DNA of 64,000 nucleotides from positions 96,001 to 160,000 of the forward strand of contig CAYHBD010000009.1 in assembly GCA_964354805.1 (NCBI GenBank). The letters run 5' to 3'. Position 1 is the stretch's first letter, and every line of letters begins with the position of its first letter. Origin of the DNA: an uncultured archaeon (GTDB taxonomy: Archaea > Iainarchaeota > Iainarchaeia > Iainarchaeales > GCA-2688035). The notes below the pieces were generated by a model. It had not been told where the DNA came from, did not search any database, and saw only the letters and a list, made by a program, of their open reading frames with translations. This document shows positions 37,737 to 47,995 of the stretch, one piece after another. Position numbers and translations under genes: made by a program.

Positions 37737-39890
37737 ATGAAACCCAACAGGGCGGTTTTTGCGATTGCCTTTGCAGCAGCATTCCTGCTCGCAAGCACAA
37801 ATTGCTACAGCGTGCAACCTGAAAAAGTGTCTTTGGAGGGGGAAGATTTCATTTTCACTTTTTGGCCGATTTACATAAGCGGATGCACACAGCAAAAACT
37901 GGACGACCCTAACAGTATCGCGAGCAAAAGAATGCAGGGAATTGACACAATGATGGACCCTAGTATAGGAATGACCCATGCAGGCATACATTTCGTGGCC
38001 CTTCCCACTGATGAAAATCCATGTTTAACGAATCTTAAGAATATTAAAAAATACAAGCTGGCTTTAGAAATTAGCGCAGGGCATGGTAGATTAAATGAGG
38101 GGCGTACAGAATTAGCTGACATTAAGTGGCCAGCCGAGTATTTAAACACGGACAAGGGAAAGCAGTTTCTCAAGGCGCCCTGCCTGTGCAATAATTGCAC
38201 TATCACTGAAGAGATTGCAAACAATTGGTCTGATTACGTTGACAAAGAAAGGTGCGGGGATTGGAACAACAATCGTGCACTAGACCCTTCATATACCGGC
38301 ATATTATGGCAGAATACTTTGAATAATACAAAGGATGTTGTAGCAAAGGCTCAGCCTGAAATTGTTTTATTTGACACTGAACTATGGCTTAGGCCAGGAG
38401 CCATAGACACGGATTTTTATGGGGATACTGATTGCCAGTGCATGCTTCTTCAAAAGGCCTTTGGATATGATGGATGCGGAACACAACCACCTTGCAACAG
38501 GTATGATTATTACCAAAAGAACCCGCTATGCTGCCAATATGACCGCTATATTTCTGCCTGGAGGCAGCGCGGGCTTGAGCTGAAAGCGGCAGTTCAATCA
38601 GTTTCTTCAGCAAAAGTTTCTTTTTACGACGAAATTCCAGCAAATGGAAGAAGATATGTTCAGACCTATACCGGGGCGTACTGGGATAATTATGACACAA
38701 TTGGAGCAATGCCAAGCGGCGTTAGCGACTACCCATCGCCTTATTTGTACATTGTTCCAAATTTAGAGGTTTTTGAAAAAAACACGCCCTATCTTTCTGG
38801 CACAGTCCCCTGGGTCAGCTATACTCACATGATGGGGTACAGCAATTTCAATGAGCAAAAAGCAGATGTGTACTTTGATCCAAGCGTGAGCAGGGAAGCC
38901 GGGCGAATGCTAAGGGAAGCTGGGGCAAAAGGGTTCATAGTTTACCCAAACGGCCAAAACATGGAGGAAAGGACTGCTGGAGAGAAGTATTGGCAACACT
39001 ATGGGAAACAGGGCTATGATTATTGGCTGGCGCATGCCAAGGAAATGATTGCAGGATTCAACGAAGAACCAACATATGTTGAGAAAAACAAGATTAGGAA
39101 CAGTGATTTTGAGGCATTCAGGGCAGTAACTAAAGAATATAAAAAGGGGGCGGGAATGTCCCATACTAGCAGCCAATTGGTTGGGCAAACACAGTTTGCG
39201 CCTGTTTTTTGGTTTTGGCAGGATTCAAGCCCAAATTACAACGACATTAATAATGCGGCATTTAGCAATTTGGTTTATGATGACTCGCTGCAAGAATACC
39301 TTAAAGTCCCTGATGCTCAACCGTACAAGAATTTTGTTTTCGCCGATGTTAAGAGCGGAAGCGTTGCCTGGAAGCATTCAAGGAACGGCGAGCCAGGCAG
39401 CAGAACCATTTTGTCAAAAACATTCTCAATTGGGGCTGCTGAGGAAGGAAAGTATAAGTTTTCCATTTGGACAAAAGCAAGCCTTGATTCTGCTAACGGC
39501 AAAATTGAATTCTTTTTAGTGAACACAAGCACTTTGGCAGAGCAAAAACTCGGCGAAACAGGCTTTGAAACAAGCTGGAAAGAATTCAAAAAATATGCAA
39601 ACATGGCAGTTGGAGACTACAACGTAAAAATACTAATAAATGACCAAACAGGGCAAGCAATTGACATATTTCTTGACAAAGCATCGCTGGAAAAAGCGGG
39701 GGAAGAATGCGGAAACACAATATGCGAAGCAGGCGAAACTGTCTCATGCCCGCAGGATTGCCAAGAATGCATTGATACGCCGAAATTAATAGGCTACATT
39801 AGCCAGTGGAAAAGGGGAGAAATAAGCATGCTCACGCTGATGCAAAAAATGAAGCAATATAAAGCAGGAACAGGATGTCCGACGCAGTAA
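37737..39890 (+). CDS. Secreted protein: putative glycoside hydrolase/CBM-like passenger and WKRGEI C-terminal domain
   Basis: Signal peptide; KI.NSDFE...W CBM4/9-like region; CGN..CEAGE..SCP.DC; YISQWKRGEISMLTLMQK. Confidence 0.75.
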   Translation: MKPNRAVFAIAFAAAFLLASTNCYSVQPEKVSLEGEDFIFTFWPIYISGCTQQKLDDPNSIASKRMQGIDTMMDPSIGMTHAGIHFVALPTDENPCLTNLKNIKKYKLALEISAGHGRLNEGRTELADIKWPAEYLNTDKGKQFLKAPCLCNNCTITEEIANNWSDYVDKERCGDWNNNRALDPSYTGILWQNTLNNTKDVVAKAQPEIVLFDTELWLRPGAIDTDFYGDTDCQCMLLQKAFGYDGCGTQPPCNRYDYYQKNPLCCQYDRYISAWRQRGLELKAAVQSVSSAKVSFYDEIPANGRRYVQTYTGAYWDNYDTIGAMPSGVSDYPSPYLYIVPNLEVFEKNTPYLSGTVPWVSYTHMMGYSNFNEQKADVYFDPSVSREAGRMLREAGAKGFIVYPNGQNMEERTAGEKYWQHYGKQGYDYWLAHAKEMIAGFNEEPTYVEKNKIRNSDFEAFRAVTKEYKKGAGMSHTSSQLVGQTQFAPVFWFWQDSSPNYNDINNAAFSNLVYDDSLQEYLKVPDAQPYKNFVFADVKSGSVAWKHSRNGEPGSRTILSKTFSIGAAEEGKYKFSIWTKASLDSANGKIEFFLVNTSTLAEQKLGETGFETSWKEFKKYANMAVGDYNVKILINDQTGQAIDIFLDKASLEKAGEECGNTICEAGETVSCPQDCQECIDTPKLIGYISQWKRGEISMLTLMQKMKQYKAGTGCPTQ

Positions 39891-39956
39891 TAGCATCGCA
39901 GCATTTCAATCAATTAAATTTTTATTAAAGAAAGCACTTATTCTAATTGATTAAAA

Positions 39957-41408
39957 ATGAAAAAAACAATCAGGGCAATTGCCATCTTTGCATTACTTTT
40001 GCTTGCAAGCACAAATGGCAGCAGCGCAAAAAATAATATTTACGGTAGCGGCATAGATACAAATGGCTTGATGCCAATCAATGTTGATGACACCAATGTT
40101 AGCTATCGTTTCAGGGCAGAGCATTCAGGGTTGCTTGAAAGCGTTGCATTTTACCTTGTAATCAACAAGCCGTTGTACACTCAGGGCGATGGCGGGCATT
40201 TGCTGGTTGAATTACGAACTGATGATGGCACTGGAAATCATTTTCCGTCCAACGAAGTTTTAGCATCACACTATATTGATAAACCAATGGATGGGCGCAG
40301 TTATCCCGGTTCTTTTGTTCCTTTACCAGGCAACCCTTCACCCTGCACTGGCAGCTCGTGCGGCGCTGCTTTCCCAAAAATTCCTTTAAATGCACAAATT
40401 GAAGAAGGAAAGCTTTACCACATTGTTTTTTCCAATACGCACGCAGACAGCAGGAATAATTGGATGTCCCTGAATCTGCTTTGGGCTGACAGCACACCAA
40501 TGCAGCCCATGTTTGATGACCTTGATTTTGCACTCCTTTTTTACGACAACTTCCACAAAACATGGACAACCAATAGCGAAACTCTTAGGACCCCAATATT
40601 AAGCGTAGATTACGTTGGTGGCAATTCGCAAGGGCAAGGCTACATAGAAGCGTGGACAAATGGCTCTGTTGCTATTGCAGGCGATAACAAAGTAAGGGAA
40701 AGATTTACTGTAAGCGGCAAGGACAGGCAGATATCAAAGGCATTTGTCAAGGTGCAAAAACCAGCTGGAACAAATCCAGGGGATTTAACATTCAAACTAC
40801 AAAAAGATGACGGCACCATTATTGAAGAAGGCAATGTTGCCTCAGCCAGCATTAGTGAAGGAAGAATGCAATGGGCAAGCTATAGCTTCCGAGAGAAACA
40901 CACATTAAAAGCAGGGGAAACATATGCCCTTGTTCTTGAAGCCCCACCCGGTGACTCATATAGTACTTTTGCAATTAGGGAAGGGGGAGATGTTGGATTG
41001 AACGGGGGTTTATTCAAAGACGGCAATGCATACTATAGTGATGACGGTGGACAGAGCTGGAAGGTGATTAGATACAGCGGATTTGATTTACAATTCTATT
41101 TTGAATTATCCTGCCCAAACGGAAACTGTGAGGAAGGGGAAAATTGTTTAACTTGCCCGCAGGATTGCCCCATATGCCAGCCCCAATGCGGCAACGGCAC
41201 AGCGGACACTGGGGAAAACTGCTCAAGCTGCCCTGCAGACGTGCAGTGCGAAACAGGACAAGAGTGCATAGAAGGAACATGCACAGCAACGGAATGCATT
41301 AGGGAACCAGAGCTGCTCGGCTACATCAGCCAGTGGAAAAGGGGCGAAATAAGCATGCTCACGCTAATGCAAAAAATGAAACTATGGAGCACCGGAACAG
41401 GATGCTAA
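39957..41408 (+). CDS. Secreted protein: beta-sandwich passenger, Cys repeats and WKRGEI domain
   Basis: Signal peptide; L.AG.TYALV..., DLQF repeats; YISQWKRGEISMLTLMQK. Confidence 0.75.
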   Translation: MKKTIRAIAIFALLLLASTNGSSAKNNIYGSGIDTNGLMPINVDDTNVSYRFRAEHSGLLESVAFYLVINKPLYTQGDGGHLLVELRTDDGTGNHFPSNEVLASHYIDKPMDGRSYPGSFVPLPGNPSPCTGSSCGAAFPKIPLNAQIEEGKLYHIVFSNTHADSRNNWMSLNLLWADSTPMQPMFDDLDFALLFYDNFHKTWTTNSETLRTPILSVDYVGGNSQGQGYIEAWTNGSVAIAGDNKVRERFTVSGKDRQISKAFVKVQKPAGTNPGDLTFKLQKDDGTIIEEGNVASASISEGRMQWASYSFREKHTLKAGETYALVLEAPPGDSYSTFAIREGGDVGLNGGLFKDGNAYYSDDGGQSWKVIRYSGFDLQFYFELSCPNGNCEEGENCLTCPQDCPICQPQCGNGTADTGENCSSCPADVQCETGQECIEGTCTATECIREPELLGYISQWKRGEISMLTLMQKMKLWSTGTGC

Positions 41409-41409
41409 C

Positions 41410-41467
41410 GCCAGCATAGCGCAGGCAATGAAAAGCAGGTGAAGGCTGCCCAATATAAAAATGGCTG
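41410..41467 (+). repeat. 58-nt exact direct repeat, copy 1, in the joint between WKRGEI genes
   Basis: GCCAGCATAGCGCAGGCAATGAAAAGCAGGTGAAGGCTGCCCAATATAAAAATGGCTG; identical copy at 43553-43610. Confidence 0.9.
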
Positions 41468-41540
41468 CAAGGGGAAAAAGAATTGCAAAAACTGGGGCAT
41501 TAAATTTTTATTCAAGAAAGACCTACTCTAATTGATTAAA

Positions 41541-43562
41541 TTGAAATCCTGCATTAAAATTCCTGCAATCGCATTCCTTGCAATGCTGTTGATCGGGGCA
41601 GCATCAGCCCAAAAAATGAGGCATAAAGAGAAAAAGTTAATACAAGCGAATTTAGTGCTAGCAATTGGTATAGTTTCTTTACTGATTTTTTTTAGTTTGG
41701 GAAGTATTAGAGAGCCAGTTAAAGAAGGTTTAACGAGCTTTGCCGTATCAAGTTTTGATGAAGTTGTTCCCAATTGTGGCAATAATCTTTGCGAGAGTGG
41801 AGAAATTGCTGAAAGTTGTCCTGATGATTGCGATATATGTTCTGAAGAAAAATGTGATGTGTATGCCCCTATTCAGCATAAGAAATATTTTAAGGCTGAA
41901 AAGGAAGTTTATGGTTATGACCCGCCTTTCCAACCAGCTCGAGTAACCTTTGACGCTAATAATAGGCCATATATCAGAAAGAATGACTGTAACACTACAA
42001 ATGACTTCGCGTTTCGATGTTTTACAAATCAGCTAATTATTCAAACCCTTAACAGCAGTGGAGAGTGGGAGTATTGGGATTTATCTAATATAGTAAAAAC
42101 ATACAAAGACCAAATGTTTAGATCCAGCACTCAAACAGATGAAAGAGTAATTATTGATTCTGACGGAGATATGTATCTTGCAGTTGAATACAATCTTGAA
42201 CCTTCTCTGCTACTTTTATATTCAAATGATGAGGGTAAAAACTGGCAGAGTTATCCTATCCAAGGGGTGTCTATGAAGTTTGAACCATGGCCAGGGCGAA
42301 ATACTCCATCAATTTTAATCACAAATCGTGATAATAAGGAATTATATTTTATTATACCCCAAAAATTATCAAATGGCACCTTAGATCTCTCCCATAAAAT
42401 AAAATTATCAGATAATGCCTGGGAACCACTAAATCCTGGAGGGTATATGAGTTATTCTTTTAGTTATGGTGATCTAACTTTTTTTGTTTGGGCAGAATCA
42501 ATTAGTTCTACTCCTAATGAAAACGGAACTCCATCTTACATTGCCGTGTATAATAGGACAAGCAGATTGTTAAGTCAACCATATCATATTGGAAATGGTG
42601 GAACTTATAATGGGGGGACAGGACTCACTGAGCCCCATAATCAACCAACCTTATGTTTGGATTCCAAAGGGTATATTCATGTTATCCTAGGAGGCCATAA
42701 TGAGCAATTTAAATATTACAAATCAAAATATCCTTTAAATATCACAAAGTGGGAAGCACCCGTCTATCTTGGGGATCCAAATATTGATAATGTACAGAAT
42801 AAACTAACTTATCCTGCACTACTTTGCGGAAAGGATGATACTTTACATCTTGCTATGCGTTCAATAATTCCTACTTATAGTTTCACTTTATCTTATACAA
42901 GAAAAAAAACAGGTCAGGGTTGGGAAAAAATTAAGCCGCTTGTTTTACCATTCAGAGCCTATTATGGACACTGGTATCATCAACTGAACATGGATAATAA
43001 TGGCGTATTGTACTTAAATTATTGGTATCTTGCAAATAATTTATTTGATGATGAGCTTGAGGCTTATCAACAAAAGTGGCCAGACGAAGACATTAATCTT
43101 AGCGGAGCATACAAACCAACAAACAACACATATTGGTGGAATCTCTATCCACTATACCACAGTCCAGCGATGCTTGTTTCCTACGATAACGGAGATTCTT
43201 GGAAGCTCGCTGTTACAAGTGATTTTATAAAAGGAATGAACAAAGAAATCTGCGGAAACCAGCAATGCGAAGCAGGCGAAACCTTTGAAAGCTGCCCAAC
43301 AGACTGCAAATGCGGCAATAGCGCCTGCGAAGTAGGCGAAACTTTCACAACATGCCCGGCAGACTGCAAATGCGGCAATGCAACATGCGACGCAGGCGAA
43401 ACATTCGAAACCTGCCCACGAGACTGCCCTCAAGAATGCGTTGACAACGAAAAACTGGTAGGCTACTATATCCCCCAGTGGAAAAGGGGGGAAATAACCA
43501 TGCTGACACTAATGCAGAAAATGAGGCAATGGAAAGCTGGAACAGGATGCCAGCCAGCATAG
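41541..43562 (+). CDS. Secreted BNR_4-like beta-propeller protein with double signal/TM segment and WKRGEI domain
   Basis: HN.P.L..DS.GYIHV..G.H, LTYP, S.D.G..W Asp-boxes; TTG start placed by analogy with paralog promoters. Confidence 0.78.
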   Translation: MKSCIKIPAIAFLAMLLIGAASAQKMRHKEKKLIQANLVLAIGIVSLLIFFSLGSIREPVKEGLTSFAVSSFDEVVPNCGNNLCESGEIAESCPDDCDICSEEKCDVYAPIQHKKYFKAEKEVYGYDPPFQPARVTFDANNRPYIRKNDCNTTNDFAFRCFTNQLIIQTLNSSGEWEYWDLSNIVKTYKDQMFRSSTQTDERVIIDSDGDMYLAVEYNLEPSLLLLYSNDEGKNWQSYPIQGVSMKFEPWPGRNTPSILITNRDNKELYFIIPQKLSNGTLDLSHKIKLSDNAWEPLNPGGYMSYSFSYGDLTFFVWAESISSTPNENGTPSYIAVYNRTSRLLSQPYHIGNGGTYNGGTGLTEPHNQPTLCLDSKGYIHVILGGHNEQFKYYKSKYPLNITKWEAPVYLGDPNIDNVQNKLTYPALLCGKDDTLHLAMRSIIPTYSFTLSYTRKKTGQGWEKIKPLVLPFRAYYGHWYHQLNMDNNGVLYLNYWYLANNLFDDELEAYQQKWPDEDINLSGAYKPTNNTYWWNLYPLYHSPAMLVSYDNGDSWKLAVTSDFIKGMNKEICGNQQCEAGETFESCPTDCKCGNSACEVGETFTTCPADCKCGNATCDAGETFETCPRDCPQECVDNEKLVGYYIPQWKRGEITMLTLMQKMRQWKAGTGCQPA

Positions 43563-43610
43563 CGCAGGCAATGAAAAGCAGGTGAAGGCTGCCCAATATA
43601 AAAATGGCTG
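43553..43610 (+). repeat. 58-nt exact direct repeat, copy 2
   Basis: Identical to 41410-41467. Confidence 0.9.
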
Positions 43611-43684
43611 TAAAGGAGAAAAAGAATTGCAAAAATGGGAGCAGTAGATTTTTATTCGAAAAAGACATACTCTAATTGATTAAA

Positions 43685-45847
43685 TTGAAATCCTGCGCTA
43701 AAATTCTCGCAATCGCATTACTTGCAATGCTTTTGGCTGGAACAGCGGCGGCTGCCAACTGCATAGGCAACAAGTCTGGGAATCTTATAGTTAACGGAGA
43801 CCTGGAGGCAGTCACCGCAGGCATTCCTGACTGCTGGTATAAAGAGGGCTGGGAAAAAGATGGGGTGGCGCTGCCAGGAAGGGATTTGAATTGGGTTAAG
43901 GACCCTATTACAGGCGGAGACCATGGAATGGTTTTGAAAACGCAGAACACAAGCAATGGATCAGGCACAGGGCTTGCATGGCAAAATCCAGTTGCCCCTG
44001 AGCTTGTAGAGCCAAACACCTGGTATGAGCTTTCCTTCTCTTATGCCACTGAAGGCATTGAACCACTGCTTGACACAGACGGCAACATGCTACAGGACAG
44101 CGTTTGGATTGGGGCAGGCGCTATAATATGGGACGGAAACTGGAATAAGATAGATAAAGTGGATTCGTTAATTTGGGCTCAGGACCTTGAATTGGACAAG
44201 TGGGATGACAGCGCATGGGTTTACAGGACATACAAAAAAACAGGGCTTAAGCCATGGAAAGACGTAAAAAAATATTTTAAGACCCCTGCTGTGGTTGGAC
44301 ATATATACATATTAACATACAATTATCCAAAAGGAACAGCATATTTTGATAATTTCTCACTCAGGAAAATAGGTTACAATCCTAATGATGTTCCATTTAA
44401 AAAATCCGGGACACTGCGCTTCCTCCAGTTTAAGGATGAGGATTTTTTCCCAATATTCCTGCACTCGTTTCCACAAAGAGGAGGGACAGATATTGGATTA
44501 AATGAGGTTAAAGAAAACGGATTCAACACAACAAACAGCTGGAACAAAACAAAAATCGAGGAGTTGGATCTGGCAAGCGCAATAGACCTGCCTGAAATCC
44601 ACAAAGGCTCTCCTGATAATCTCTCATGGTACAATGACCCTGGCCCTGGGAATTCAATTGCATACACTGGAAAGGCAGAAATTAAAACCAGAGTTTCCGA
44701 ATGGAAAGATTTTGACAACCTTTTATTTTTTATAACCAGGAATGAAATTGAGTGCCACCCTGTCAGAGACGAGTCATTTGTGCCTGATTTAGAAACATAC
44801 AAAAAAATCAGCGAATATGTCAGAGGCAATGGGGCAAAAATATTCTACGGGTTCTGCGGAAGCTATTACAATACCCCGGAAGCATATACTGGAAGCTATG
44901 ATGACTTTGTAAATTATTACCATCCGCTTGCGGATATTATAAGCCATACCGCAAACCTGCCGCCGGCATACCCAAGCGCATACAACGAACCTCAATTAGA
45001 CAAGGTCGGCATATGGACAAGGACAGACCTTTCCAGGAGCCCCGAAAAATATTTTATTGCAAGAGGCTTCAGCAGAATGGACTGGGCAAACTGGGACAGG
45101 GCAAGGGAAGCAGATGGGAGTGTTCGCAGGTACGACATATATGTACCGTTCAACCTGCAAAGGTTCCTTGTGTGGACCCAGATAATAAACGGCGCCACAG
45201 GGGCTGATTTTCTGTATACAAGCGCGATAAACCTAACTGACAAAGACTATGCCAAATACTATGCCCACAGCTGGAAGCAGATAACCGCAATATCAAAAGA
45301 GCTCTCGGAATTATACCCTGTTCTTGTTGAACCCCAGTTCCTTGACGAGTGGCAGGTTTCCGATCCAAGAGTGGAGATAATGATGAAAAAGCATGATGAA
45401 AAGATTTACCTTTTTGCAGCAAGCACGCATTATGAGGATTTGCTCAAGGAAACAATAACACTTGACAGCAAATACAACATAGCAAAAATAACGGCACTGA
45501 ACGAAGTAATAAACGGGGATGTGGACAATCCCCCAACTGACAGAAGCATTGAGCTAGCTTCACCAAACAGCTTTGTTGACGACTTTGTTGGAGACGACGG
45601 CTCGCACGCATCTGCAGCAAGCCCTGGATATGCTGTGCACATTTACGAGATTGAATTAAGCGCCTGCGGCAATGGCACATGCGATTCAGGCGAAACTGTC
45701 TCATGCCCGCAGGATTGCCAAGAATGCGTTGACACGCCGACATTAATGAACCAGTACATTCCCCAGTGGAAAAGAGGAGAAATAAGCATGCTAACACTAA
45801 TGCAGAAAATAAGGCAACGGAACACAGGGGAAGGATGCCCGCAATAA
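43685..45847 (+). CDS. Secreted protein: CBM4/9-like domain, GH-like barrel and WKRGEI domain
   Basis: NLIVNGDLE...P..W and YFDNFSL; FFPI....GFN; INGATG; YIPQWKRGEISMLTLMQK. Confidence 0.75.
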   Translation: MKSCAKILAIALLAMLLAGTAAAANCIGNKSGNLIVNGDLEAVTAGIPDCWYKEGWEKDGVALPGRDLNWVKDPITGGDHGMVLKTQNTSNGSGTGLAWQNPVAPELVEPNTWYELSFSYATEGIEPLLDTDGNMLQDSVWIGAGAIIWDGNWNKIDKVDSLIWAQDLELDKWDDSAWVYRTYKKTGLKPWKDVKKYFKTPAVVGHIYILTYNYPKGTAYFDNFSLRKIGYNPNDVPFKKSGTLRFLQFKDEDFFPIFLHSFPQRGGTDIGLNEVKENGFNTTNSWNKTKIEELDLASAIDLPEIHKGSPDNLSWYNDPGPGNSIAYTGKAEIKTRVSEWKDFDNLLFFITRNEIECHPVRDESFVPDLETYKKISEYVRGNGAKIFYGFCGSYYNTPEAYTGSYDDFVNYYHPLADIISHTANLPPAYPSAYNEPQLDKVGIWTRTDLSRSPEKYFIARGFSRMDWANWDRAREADGSVRRYDIYVPFNLQRFLVWTQIINGATGADFLYTSAINLTDKDYAKYYAHSWKQITAISKELSELYPVLVEPQFLDEWQVSDPRVEIMMKKHDEKIYLFAASTHYEDLLKETITLDSKYNIAKITALNEVINGDVDNPPTDRSIELASPNSFVDDFVGDDGSHASAASPGYAVHIYEIELSACGNGTCDSGETVSCPQDCQECVDTPTLMNQYIPQWKRGEISMLTLMQKIRQRNTGEGCPQ

Positions 45848-46060
45848 AAAAAGAAATGGCTGCAAGGGAGAAAAGAAACAGCCCCCCACATGGGAAGGGG
45901 GGAGTGGCGGCAATTCCTGCAAAAGGGGCAATTGGGCTTTTGGGAAAAAAAGCGGTGTATTTAAATTTTTTGTCCCAGGTATGTTTTATTAGGTATTTTT
46001 GGCAAGTCAAGTGGATCTTAATTTAGCTTTCCATTTGGCGCTGATTTTAGGTGATTGGGC

Positions 46061-46342
46061 ATGGATGCTGCTGTTAAGAAGGAAATGCAGGAGTTGCTTG
46101 ATTTGATGCGGTCAATCCTGAACGACAGGCTTGTTCCGAGAAACATCAGGGCTGTTGTGGAGGAAGCAATGCAGAAAATAGGGGTGAAAAAGCCCAAGGT
46201 TGAGGACTTCAGCACCGCAATTTACCTGCTTGACGACATAAGCGCTGACATCAACATGCCAACGCACACAAGAACCGATATCTGGGAAGCAATCAGCAAA
46301 ATGGAAGCTATTAAAGAGAAAATAAAGGAGCTTCCGGTTTGA
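46061..46342 (+). CDS. UPF0147 family protein
   Basis: D..VPRNIR, LDDIS.D.NMP.HTRT.IW...S..E. Confidence 0.93.
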   Translation: MDAAVKKEMQELLDLMRSILNDRLVPRNIRAVVEEAMQKIGVKKPKVEDFSTAIYLLDDISADINMPTHTRTDIWEAISKMEAIKEKIKELPV

Positions 46343-47845
46343 ATGCAGTTGGCTGAAGTAAAGGAAAAGGAAATAGTTGAATACGCTGGCAGCAAAGAAG
46401 CGCTAATTGATGAACAGGCGGTTAAGCTGCTTAGCGAAAGGCCTGATTTCAGGGAAATAATTGACAGTCTGCTCAGTGAGGGAACGTTCATCATTGACAG
46501 GAAAGCGGTTGAGAAAAAAATCCTGAAGCCGAAAACAGGTATTGCAGCAAAAGAAGAAGCGGTTGTAGAAAAAAGCAGGTTCAAGCCGCATGCGAAAGAA
46601 ATAACCGCGAATTTCAAAATCCTGCCCCAGCTTGACATAACAGGACAGAGCAAAACGTATGGTACGGCAAAGGATTTCCTGCACTATTTCCAGAGAAAAT
46701 TCGAATTGCTTTCAGAAATGCTGAAAAAAAGGCACACGCTCAGCCCAAAGCCGCTCAACAGGCTGAAAGCAGTTCCCAAAGGCAGCGCTGTTGACGTAAT
46801 AGGCATGGTTTTCAAAAAGTGGGTTACAAAAAACGGGCATGTTGCACTGCAGCTGGAGGATTTGGAAGCAAAATGCATTGCCCTTGTGCTAAAGGATGAG
46901 CTTGCCTTGACAGCTGCAGTAGAGCACATAATCATTGACGACGTGATTGCAGTAAAGGCAGTGAAATGGCAGGAGGGAATGCTGATTATAAAGGAAATAA
47001 TCAGGCCTGATTTGCCAGTGAGGGAGAACAGGAAAGCAGAGCAGAATGTTTCAATTGCGAGCATAAGCGACATGCATGTTGGAAGCAAGCTTTTTCTGGA
47101 AAAGCCTTTCCAGAATTTCCTGGAATGGCTGAATGGAAGGGCTGAAAACAAAAAAGAGCAGGAAAAGGTAAGCAAAATAAAGTATTTGATTGTAACAGGA
47201 GACAATGTTGATGGGTGTGGCGTTTACCCAAACCAATTCAGCGAACTGAACATAAAGGACATCTACCAGCAATACAAGGAATTCAGCAAATTCATTATGC
47301 AGGTACCGGAATACATTGAAGTATTCATTATTCCGGGGCAGCACGATGCAGTAAGATGGGCTGACCCACAGCCTGCAATCCCGAAAGAATTTGCCCCTGA
47401 ACTGCATGCCCTGCCCAATGTCCATTTCCTCGGCAGCCCAAGCTGGGTTTCAATCGAAGGAATGCTCACAATGCTTTACCACGGGGGGGCATTGCACGAA
47501 TTGATTGCTTCACTCAGCTTCCTAAACAGCGAACACCCGGAAGAAGCAATGATTGAAGTTCTAAGAAGAAGGGACCTTATGACAGGATATGGCCACAAGC
47601 AGCCTTATGTTCCGGAAAAAGAGGACCTGCTTGTAATAAGGGAGCCCCCGGACCTGATTTACATTGGAGACATGCACCACAACGCTTACGGAAACTACAG
47701 GGGAACAACAATAATAAACAGCGGGACATGGCAGGCAAGAACAAGCTACCAGGTAAAGCTTGGTCACATCCCAACGCCGTGCATTGCGCCGGTGCTGAAT
47801 CTCGCAACAGGAAAAATAACGGAAAATCACTTCATGCAGCAGTAG
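46343..47845 (+). CDS. polB: DNA polymerase D small subunit DP1
   Basis: OB fold; SDMHVGS, GD.VDG.GVYP.Q, PG.HD, YHG, NSGTWQ..T.YQ. Confidence 0.96.
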   Translation: MQLAEVKEKEIVEYAGSKEALIDEQAVKLLSERPDFREIIDSLLSEGTFIIDRKAVEKKILKPKTGIAAKEEAVVEKSRFKPHAKEITANFKILPQLDITGQSKTYGTAKDFLHYFQRKFELLSEMLKKRHTLSPKPLNRLKAVPKGSAVDVIGMVFKKWVTKNGHVALQLEDLEAKCIALVLKDELALTAAVEHIIIDDVIAVKAVKWQEGMLIIKEIIRPDLPVRENRKAEQNVSIASISDMHVGSKLFLEKPFQNFLEWLNGRAENKKEQEKVSKIKYLIVTGDNVDGCGVYPNQFSELNIKDIYQQYKEFSKFIMQVPEYIEVFIIPGQHDAVRWADPQPAIPKEFAPELHALPNVHFLGSPSWVSIEGMLTMLYHGGALHELIASLSFLNSEHPEEAMIEVLRRRDLMTGYGHKQPYVPEKEDLLVIREPPDLIYIGDMHHNAYGNYRGTTIINSGTWQARTSYQVKLGHIPTPCIAPVLNLATGKITENHFMQQ

Positions 47846-47854
47846 AGGGAACAG

Positions 47855-47995
47855 ATGCCAATAAAATTGGATTTGACAAATTGAAAAATAAAATGAAAAA
47901 AAATTTAAAAGTGAAAAAAACATGCCGATAAAATTGGATTCACTGACAGGCGAGAAAAAAAGTAAGTGATAATTATGCCGATAAAAATTGACATT
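47855..47995 (+). repeat. Three copies of the DP2 start: MPIKLDL, MPIKLDS, MPIKIDI
   Basis: ATGCC(A/G)ATAAAA at 47855, 47922 and 47975. Confidence 0.85.

Noticed and set aside
26175-45847. WKRGEI tails as archaeosortase substrates
   Set aside because: They lack the motif-TM helix-basic tail layout of PGF-CTERM-type signals
37737-45847. Integron or diversity-generating retroelement
   Set aside because: No integrase, reverse transcriptase, attC-like palindromes or adenine-specific TR/VR pair is visible in the window
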